DNA of 64,000 bases, from contig JADZFN010000034.1 in the NCBI GenBank assembly GCA_020849895.1, positions 7,942 through 71,941 of the forward strand, read 5' to 3'. The notes beneath the pieces were generated by a model that saw only the letters and a list, made by a program, of their open reading frames with translations, ran no database searches and was not told where the DNA came from. The position numbers and the translations under genes were made by a program. This document shows positions 46,912 to 53,732 of the stretch, in pieces. The stretch is from Verrucomicrobiia bacterium. GTDB lineage: Bacteria > Verrucomicrobiota > Verrucomicrobiia > JABWAM01. Position 1 is the stretch's first letter. Every line of letters starts with the position of its first letter.

Positions 46912-47646
46912 ATGAACTCCGCCTCCGATAAATTTCCCGAAGCCCAAGCTCTCACGGGGCGCCGCCTCCCCTGCGCGCTTCGCCCCCTGCGCACCGTTCC
47001 TTCCTTCATTCGCGTCCCGCATCCCGCGTCCCGCTTCGCCTTTACCCTCATCGAACTCTTGGTGGTCATCGCAATCCTTGCGATCCTTGCAGCGCTCCTG
47101 CTGCCGTCGCTCAAGAATGCCCGCGAACAGGCCAAGAGCCTCCAGTGCGTCAACAATCTCCGGAATCTGGCGCAAGCGCTTTTGATCTATGCCGGAGAAT
47201 CGGATGGAAAGCTCCCCCCGCCTACCGACACCAACGCTCCCGTTGCCTACTGGTCTTACAAACTCCGAAGCACTTATGGCCCGGCGGTCATGAAATACAT
47301 CTGGGACGTCAAAGAAATCACTCCTGCACTCATCTGCGCAAAAAATCCGCACAACTTCAATCTTGGGGGCTACAACACGCTGTATAGTTACAACTCGACC
47401 ATTCAGTACTATAGCCGGATTGATACGGTGCAAAATTCGGCGGGGTTGATTTTGGCCATGGACGCAGGACCGGGCCAGCTCCCCGGGCGTCCGCAATTGT
47501 ACTGCTTCGCAAAAACCTTGGGAGATGTTTCGAGCGCACAGCAAGCCCTCTATCATTTCGGGAAGATCAACGTGGTCTATGCCGACGGGCATGCCGCACG
47601 AATCCCTTCGAATGACATGACGGCGGCGGCTCTGACTCCGAAATGA
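46912..47646 (+). CDS. prepilin-type N-terminal cleavage/methylation domain protein with C-terminal H-X9-DG motif
   Basis: Contains [24 protein letters not shown], the class III signal/pseudopilin N-terminus, and a C-terminal [13 protein letters not shown] (H-x9-DG). An unusually long 43-aa leader precedes FTLIE if ATG 46912 is the start. Confidence 0.85.
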   Translation: MNSASDKFPEAQALTGRRLPCALRPLRTVPSFIRVPHPASRFAFTLIELLVVIAILAILAALLLPSLKNAREQAKSLQCVNNLRNLAQALLIYAGESDGKLPPPTDTNAPVAYWSYKLRSTYGPAVMKYIWDVKEITPALICAKNPHNFNLGGYNTLYSYNSTIQYYSRIDTVQNSAGLILAMDAGPGQLPGRPQLYCFAKTLGDVSSAQQALYHFGKINVVYADGHAARIPSNDMTAAALTPK

Positions 47647-47895
47647 AGAACTGTTGAAGACGATGGCCTCCCAGGCGGCAGCAACCCCTCTTCTCCGTCA
47701 TTTTTTTCCGCGCCTCATGCGAGTCGTTCGCGTTCCTGGATTTTTCTTGGTCTTGGGGTCCGGATCGGAGAAGATGAACTGGCACGCAGTTCGGTGAGAA
47801 AAGAGGAAAATTTGCTCCATGATCTTATCCTTTGAAGAACCACTCGGCTTCAGGCGCGCCGGTCCGCCGTGCCCATCCGCGGAGGTCGTCCGCCG

Positions 47896-49464
47896 ATGAG
47901 CGCATCGGTCTCTCTCTACGACACCACCCTGCGCGACGGGACTCAGGCGGAGGGCGTGAACTTTTCGTTTCAGGACAAGTTGCGGCTGGTGGAAAAGCTG
48001 GACGCCTTCGGCGTTCACTACGTCGAGGGAGGATTTCCCGGCTCGAACGACAAGGACATCGCGTTCTTCAAGGCCGCGCGAAAGCTGCGGCTGAAGCATG
48101 CACGTCTCGCGGCCTTCGGGGCCACGCGCCGCCCACGCGGCGCGGTCGCTTCGGATCCTCAGGTGCGTCTGCTGCTGGACAGCGGGACGCCCGTGACGAC
48201 GATCGTGGGGAAATCCTGGTTGCTCCACGTCCGCGAGGTGCTGCGGACCACGCCGGAAGAAAATCTGGCGATGATCGCCGACACCGTGCGTCATCTGAAG
48301 CGGCACGGGCGCGAGGTGATCTACGATGCCGAACATTTTTTCGATGGCTACAAGGCCGACACCGGCTACGCCCTGCGCGCGCTCGCGGCGGCAGCGGAGG
48401 CCGGCGCGGACTGGATCGTGTTGTGCGACACGAACGGCGGCTCGCTCCCGCGCGAGGTCGGCGAGATCACGCGTGCGGTGATCTCCGCGCTCCCCGTGAA
48501 AATCGGCATCCACACGCACAACGACGGCGGTTTCGGCGTGGCGAATGCCCTCGCCGCGGTTGAGGCAGGCGCGACGCAGGTGCAGGGCACGATCAACGGT
48601 TACGGCGAGCGGACGGGCAACTGCAACCTGGTGACCGTGATTCCCAATCTCCAACTCAAGATGGGCAGGAAAACGGTGCCCGTCTCCTCGCTGCGGCGGC
48701 TGCGACCGCTCTCCCTTTTCGTGGACGATCTGGCGAACCTGCGCCCCGACCCACGGGCGCCGTTCGTCGGCGACAGTGCATTCGCGCACAAGGGCGGGCA
48801 GCACGTGAATGCGATGGCGAAGAGCCCCGTCACCTACGAACACCTCGCGCCCGAACTTGTAGGCAACCGCCGCCGTGTCCTCGTGGGCGAGCTTTCCGGG
48901 CGCAGCGCCGTGCTGATGAAGGCGCGGGATCTCGGGATGCGTCTCGACGCGGATTCGCCGGAGGTTCGGGAGATCCTCGCGCAGGTGAAACGGCTGGAGC
49001 ATCAGGGGTTCGAGTTCGAGGCGGCGGATGCCTCTTTCTACCTCCTCGTTCGGCGCGCACTCCACCGTCGGGAACCTCCGTTTCGCCTCGTCGAGTATCA
49101 CATCTCGATGCGGCGCGCCGAGGGACAAAAGGCCGGCACCACCGAAGCCACGCTCAAGCTCGCCCTCAAGGGCGGCCTCACCCACACCGTGGCCGAAGGG
49201 GATGGACCGGTCAACGCGCTCGACGGCGCGCTCCGCAAGGCGCTGCGGCCGCATTTTCCCGGCATCGCGCGGATGCGGCTCACCGACTACAAGGTGCGCA
49301 TCCTCGATTCGCGAAGCGGCACGGCTGCGCGCACGCGGGTGCTCATCGAATCGAGCGACGATAAGGGAGACTGGGGGACCGTCGGAGTGTCGGACAACAT
49401 CATCGAAGCGAGCTGGCAGGCGCTGGCCGATTCGATGGAATATTTTCTGCTCCGCCGAGGCTGA
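47896..49464 (+). CDS. cimA: citramalate synthase / 2-isopropylmalate synthase family (CimA-like)
   Basis: Track ORF 47869.. trimmed to ATG 47896. Contains VSLYDTTLRDGTQAEGVNFS, HTHNDGG and a C-terminal LeuA-dimer-like regulatory domain. Assigning CimA rather than LeuA is an inference from the N-terminal pattern. Confidence 0.85.
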   Translation: MSASVSLYDTTLRDGTQAEGVNFSFQDKLRLVEKLDAFGVHYVEGGFPGSNDKDIAFFKAARKLRLKHARLAAFGATRRPRGAVASDPQVRLLLDSGTPVTTIVGKSWLLHVREVLRTTPEENLAMIADTVRHLKRHGREVIYDAEHFFDGYKADTGYALRALAAAAEAGADWIVLCDTNGGSLPREVGEITRAVISALPVKIGIHTHNDGGFGVANALAAVEAGATQVQGTINGYGERTGNCNLVTVIPNLQLKMGRKTVPVSSLRRLRPLSLFVDDLANLRPDPRAPFVGDSAFAHKGGQHVNAMAKSPVTYEHLAPELVGNRRRVLVGELSGRSAVLMKARDLGMRLDADSPEVREILAQVKRLEHQGFEFEAADASFYLLVRRALHRREPPFRLVEYHISMRRAEGQKAGTTEATLKLALKGGLTHTVAEGDGPVNALDGALRKALRPHFPGIARMRLTDYKVRILDSRSGTAARTRVLIESSDDKGDWGTVGVSDNIIEASWQALADSMEYFLLRRG

Positions 49465-49610
49465 GAGCGCCGCTCCGAGCGCGGGCTGGATTAAGCGGTC
49501 GCCGATCTTCTCCCGACATTCCTGACCGCGCCTCAAATTGAACTGGCGAATGGCGCACGGTTCGGCAAAAACTCCGGACGCCATCCTGCGGACGCGATCG
49601 TCCTTCCGCC

Positions 49611-50432
49611 ATGAGAACCGCGATTTTCCGGCTCGCCGTTGCGGCGTGGATTCCGATCGCATCGGCTCAAGTGGACGCGCGACGCTCGCGGGTCGAGTGG
49701 GAGCTTTCCTCAGGGCCTACAGAGGGTTCCACGCACCCGCAGGATGTGAATTTCGATCGGACGGCGAAGATGCGCGTCCATCTCTTCAGCCTCCAGCGGT
49801 TGTCCCGCGAGGTTCGGATGCAGTTCCTTTTCTTCTACGACGAGGTGAGTTCCTCCGGCAAGGTGGAGGGCAAAGTGGAAACGCAAGAGCAGGTCGCGCG
49901 CATCGTGCGTGCGGGCGATCACATGGTCGCGAGTGACGGATTCCGCCTGAGCGGGAAGATCACGAAGAAAGGGACGCTGACCGGAATGCGATGGGTGGGA
50001 TGCGTGGCACGCGTCTACGAGGAGGGCTGCCTCGTGTTCGAGCATTACCAACCTGTCACGGTCAAGGAACTGGCGGCGAAGGTGTCGGGTCCCGCGGTGG
50101 AGGCTCGCCGCGAAACTCCTCCCCCGCTTCCGTCCGCGAAGCCACTCTCTTCGCCTTCCGCGTCTCCCGCATCGTCTCCGGACGGAGGGGCGACGACCGT
50201 GCTGGGCGTCGCCTTCACCGCCGCGGAAGCGAAAGCGGCGCTCGAGGCCGCGAACACGCTTTCGGAGGAAGATCTCATCCGGAAGGTCGGCCTGACGAGA
50301 AAGGCGGCAAAGAACGTCGTCGCCGCCCGTCCGGTCGCCGCGATCGGCCAGTTGCCGAAGATTAGTTACGTGAAGGCCGTCGCGCTGGCGGCGCTCAAGA
50401 ACTACGTTTCCTCCGACGAAGCAGGCAAGTAG
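49611..50432 (+). CDS. secreted hypothetical protein with C-terminal helix-hairpin-helix (ComEA-like) region
   Basis: Signal peptide MRTAIFRLAVAAWIPIASAQ, a ~150-aa unknown domain, a Pro/Ser linker, then EEDLIRKVGLTRKAAKNVVAARPVAAIGQLPKISYVKAVALAALKNYV (HhH-like). Confidence 0.65.
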   Translation: MRTAIFRLAVAAWIPIASAQVDARRSRVEWELSSGPTEGSTHPQDVNFDRTAKMRVHLFSLQRLSREVRMQFLFFYDEVSSSGKVEGKVETQEQVARIVRAGDHMVASDGFRLSGKITKKGTLTGMRWVGCVARVYEEGCLVFEHYQPVTVKELAAKVSGPAVEARRETPPPLPSAKPLSSPSASPASSPDGGATTVLGVAFTAAEAKAALEAANTLSEEDLIRKVGLTRKAAKNVVAARPVAAIGQLPKISYVKAVALAALKNYVSSDEAGK

Positions 50433-50474
50433 CGTCCCCCGCCCTTCTCGGCTCAAGACGACACCGAAATCGGA

Positions 50475-51470
50475 TCAGTTGACCGTCGGGACGATCTCCC
50501 GCTTCCCGCTGCGGAGCGAGGCGAGGAGGGCGTCGGCGATGGCGACGGATCGGAGTCCTTGCTCGGGCGTCGTCAGGTCGTCAGGTTTCCCCTCCACGGC
50601 GGCGAGGAACCCCCGAATCTGCGCGCGATAGAGGTCGTCCCGTTCGACGGCAATCGTTTCGCTTTCGGGCATTTCCTTTTCGGGGCGGCCGATCTCGAGG
50701 CGGCCGGCGAGGAGGTCGTAGCGCGCCCAGCCTCGATCGCCGAGCAACTCGACGCACCCCGGTTGCGGTTTCGCTACGTAGTCCACGTGGATTTCGAAGA
50801 GGAGCGGTTCCGCGTAATCGAGCACGGCCGAAAACACGTTGGGATTGGAGGTGAGCTCGAGACGGCCCGCCTGGATTCCACGCGCGTAAGCGCCCACAGG
50901 CGCGCGGCCCGCAAGCCAGAGGCCGAGATCGAGCCCGTGCGCGTAATCCATGACGATCGCCCCGAAGACCGCACGCTGGTGGCGCGATCGGGAGCATTCA
51001 AGCGTGATGTAGCTGCCGACCGCGTAGCGCATCTGGAGGAGTTGACCAAGCGTTCCCTCCGCGAGGAGGCGCTTGAGCCGCAGCATTCCGGGGTGAAAAT
51101 GGTACATATACCCGACGCGGAGGATGCGCCCGGCCGCCTGCTGATCGGCGGCGAGCTGTTGCGCCGAGGCGAAGGTGTCGGTCATCGGCTTCTCGCAGAG
51201 CACGTGCGCGCCGGCGCGCAACGCTGCCGAGGCGATGGGCTGATGGGAATCGTGCGGGGTCGCCACGACGGCGAGGTCGGGTTTCGAGGCGAGCGCTGCG
51301 CTGAGGTCGCTCCACGCGCGGACATTGCCGAGGAGCTTGCGGGCCTCATCGAGTCCGTCGGGACGGGAGTCGCAGACCTCGACGACGAGATCGGGGTGTT
51401 CCTTGCAGAGGCGGGCATGGCGCAGGCCGATGGAACCGGCGCCGATGATGAGGATGCGGCGGGAGGGCAT
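50475..51470 (-). CDS. Gfo/Idh/MocA-family oxidoreductase
   Basis: Rossmann N-terminus RILIIGAGSIGLRHARL, then HVLCEKPM. Confidence 0.85.
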   Translation of the reverse strand: MPSRRILIIGAGSIGLRHARLCKEHPDLVVEVCDSRPDGLDEARKLLGNVRAWSDLSAALASKPDLAVVATPHDSHQPIASAALRAGAHVLCEKPMTDTFASAQQLAADQQAAGRILRVGYMYHFHPGMLRLKRLLAEGTLGQLLQMRYAVGSYITLECSRSRHQRAVFGAIVMDYAHGLDLGLWLAGRAPVGAYARGIQAGRLELTSNPNVFSAVLDYAEPLLFEIHVDYVAKPQPGCVELLGDRGWARYDLLAGRLEIGRPEKEMPESETIAVERDDLYRAQIRGFLAAVEGKPDDLTTPEQGLRSVAIADALLASLRSGKREIVPTVN

Positions 51471-51543
51471 AAAGAAGCGGTTGAGAGCTGCGGACCCTGA
51501 AGAGGAGAAAAATGCGCGAATCGAAATGTCGCAGGGGTTTTGT

Positions 51544-52740
51544 CTATGGAGAAGACGACATCTTGCGCGCGGCGGCCTCGATCCGCTGAACGCTCATCAT
51601 CAACGCTCGTGGGGTGTGAAAGAAGCCCTTGTAGTGGTTTCCCTTGCAAGCGGAGGCTACGCGCCCCTCGCGGTCGAGGTAGCCAAACCAATGGCCGTAT
51701 TCGGGATCGGGAAAATGCATCCACGTATAGTCGACGACCTTCTCGAACCAGGCCCGCCAGCGCGCGGGGCCTTCTTCGAGAAGGGCGAGCACCAGCGCAT
51801 AAAGGGCCTCGGTGTGAGGCCACCAGAGCTTCATGGCGTGTTCGATCTGGAAAAGAGGTTTGCCTTCGAGATCCATGAAATAAAAAAGACCGCCGTATTC
51901 CCGGTCCCAACCGAGCTCGAGCGAGCCTTCGAGGGCGTCGAACGCCGTTTTCCGCGCGCCGTCATCGGGATAAAATTCGAGGAGGTGGAGAAGGAACCAC
52001 GCCACTTCGATGGAGTGGCCTGGATTGAAGAGGCGCCCTTCGGGAAGGGCGGCGAGGCTGCGTCCGTCGAGCGCCACGTTTTCGCGAAAGACGCGATGCA
52101 CCGGATCGTAGTGGCGAAGGATCGCGGGGATGCAGTCGCGGAGCACCTCGCGGAAACGCGGGTCGGAATCCACCTGCGCGAACTCGATGGCGAGCCCGGC
52201 GCGGACCATGGCGTTGGCGAGGTTGCTCATCGGGATCTGGCCCTCCAGGAGCGGACGATCAATAAGCGCGGGGTTTTCGAGCCAGGCGTGGATTCGCCAG
52301 AAGAGGTCGGTCGCGGCGCGGCGGAAACCGTCGTCGCCGGCGGCAAGGGAATATTCGAGCAGGCCGAGGTCCACGAAGACGCCGGGGTAGACCTTGCGCT
52401 GGAAGAAGAGCGGACGACCTTCGCGGTCGAGACTGAACCAGACGCGCCCGCGGGCGTCGAACGCGTGCGCACGGAGGAAGGAGGCGCCGAGCTTCGCGGC
52501 ATCGAGATACTCGGGCTTCGCGGCCCACTGGTTCCAAAGACGGGCGAACATCCAGGTGAAACGCCCTTGGAGCCAGAGGTATTTTCGGTCGTCATAGACC
52601 GACCCGTCGCGATCGAGGCAGGAGAAATAGCCGCCGAATTCCCGATCGAGGGCGTGCTTCAGCCAGAAAGGGATGATGTTTTCATCGAGTTCCTTCCGGA
52701 ACTTCCCGGCCCAGGGAAGAAGACTTTGCGCGGCGGTCAC
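51544..52740 (-). CDS. N-acylglucosamine 2-epimerase (AGE) superfamily isomerase/epimerase
   Basis: Track ORF 51544..52839 trimmed to GTG 52740, which overlaps the upstream SDR stop (GTGA). Contains IIPFWLKHALDREFGGYFSCLDRDG...KYLWLQGRFTWMF, typical of alpha6/alpha6-barrel AGE-family enzymes. Confidence 0.8.
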   Translation of the reverse strand: MTAAQSLLPWAGKFRKELDENIIPFWLKHALDREFGGYFSCLDRDGSVYDDRKYLWLQGRFTWMFARLWNQWAAKPEYLDAAKLGASFLRAHAFDARGRVWFSLDREGRPLFFQRKVYPGVFVDLGLLEYSLAAGDDGFRRAATDLFWRIHAWLENPALIDRPLLEGQIPMSNLANAMVRAGLAIEFAQVDSDPRFREVLRDCIPAILRHYDPVHRVFRENVALDGRSLAALPEGRLFNPGHSIEVAWFLLHLLEFYPDDGARKTAFDALEGSLELGWDREYGGLFYFMDLEGKPLFQIEHAMKLWWPHTEALYALVLALLEEGPARWRAWFEKVVDYTWMHFPDPEYGHWFGYLDREGRVASACKGNHYKGFFHTPRALMMSVQRIEAAARKMSSSP

Positions 52741-53516
52741 TTGAAGCGAGTGAACCCGCCGTCCACGACGAGGTTGTGTCCGGTGATGTAGGCGGCGGCG
52801 TCGCTCGCCAGAAAGGCGACGGCACCCTTGAGGTCCCAACCGTCGCGCCCCATGCGCCCCAGCATCGTGCGGGCGGAGTAGCCGGCGATGAACGACCCGG
52901 GCTGACCGCGCTCGAACCCGCCGGGGGAGACGGCGTTCACGCGGATCCCATGTGCGCCAAGATAGGCGGCGGCATCGTAGGTGAGGCCAATCACGCCGGC
53001 TTTCGCGGCGGTGTAGCCGACCGGGTTCCGCATCGTCGTGCCCGCATAGACGGAGCGGTCGCGTCCGACGAGGGAGCTGACCGAAGCGATGTTGATGATC
53101 GCGCCTTTTTTTCTGGGCATCATCCTTCGCGCCGCCTCGCGGAGACAGAGAAACGTGCCGGTGAGATTGAGGTCCAGCAAGTCCTGCCAGCTTTCGAGAG
53201 GTTCGGTCTCGAGCTTCCCCGTCGCGGCGACAGAGCCACCGGCGTTGTTCACCAGGATGTCGAGCCCACCGAAGGTTTCGGCAGCAAGACGAAAGATTTC
53301 GATGACCGCCGCCTCGTTGCGAACGTCCAGCGCAAGGCCGAGGGCTTTGACGCCGTGAGCTTTCGCCAAGCGGTCGGCGGCGTCCGCGGCCTTTTTCGAC
53401 TCGCGGGAGGTGATGACGACGTCAGCTCCCGCTTCGGCGAGGCCGGTGGCGATCTCGAAACCGAGGTTCTGTCCGCCGCCGGTGACGAGAGCGGCACGCC
53501 CCTTGAGGCTGATCAT
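52737..53516 (-). CDS. SDR-family oxidoreductase
   Basis: Track ORF trimmed to ATG 53516 (MISLKGRAALVTGGGQNLGFEIA...). Contains NNAG and the catalytic YTAAK. Confidence 0.88.
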   Translation of the reverse strand: MISLKGRAALVTGGGQNLGFEIATGLAEAGADVVITSRESKKAADAADRLAKAHGVKALGLALDVRNEAAVIEIFRLAAETFGGLDILVNNAGGSVAATGKLETEPLESWQDLLDLNLTGTFLCLREAARRMMPRKKGAIINIASVSSLVGRDRSVYAGTTMRNPVGYTAAKAGVIGLTYDAAAYLGAHGIRVNAVSPGGFERGQPGSFIAGYSARTMLGRMGRDGWDLKGAVAFLASDAAAYITGHNLVVDGGFTRFK

Positions 53517-53644
53517 TTGCAGAAAAGAAGGCGGCGCGCGCATGCCTCAAAAGGAAAGGACGACGGTGGGGTTGTCAAGCGCGTTCCCAGTGGGAAAAGG
53601 CTCGATCCGCGCGGCTTCCCACAAAATCAGAGAACCGCTGATTC

Positions 53645-53658
53645 TTGATTTGAATCAA
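53645..53658. promoter_or_regulatory. FNR/CRP-family binding-site candidate (TTGAT-N4-ATCAA)
   Basis: The sequence cTTGATttgaATCAAg is an exact match to both half-sites of the FNR consensus, extended to 7-bp arms (CTTGATT/AATCAAG). Its centre lies ~82 nt upstream of GTG 53733 and ~135 nt upstream of the divergent SDR gene start. Confidence 0.5.
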
Positions 53659-53732
53659 GGAATCTGAGGAGTCCGCCGTGCAGCATCCCCTCCGACGCGG
53701 CTTCTCATCCGAATCCCAACCTCTCATCCGTC

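Noticed and set aside
47698-49662. 654-aa minus-strand ORF opposite cimA, including a possible 40-aa basic sORF at its 3' end (47698-47820)
   Set aside because: The long ORF is an antisense shadow. The short terminal part (MEQIFLFSHRTACQFIFSDPDPKTKKNPG...) lies in a lower-GC intergenic patch but has no SD, no motif and no supporting context.
53625-53643. Inverted repeat AATCAG-N7-CTGATT just upstream of the FNR-type box
   Set aside because: It has only a 6-bp AT-containing stem and no U-tract. It could be a second operator half-site or chance, and there is not enough evidence to call it.
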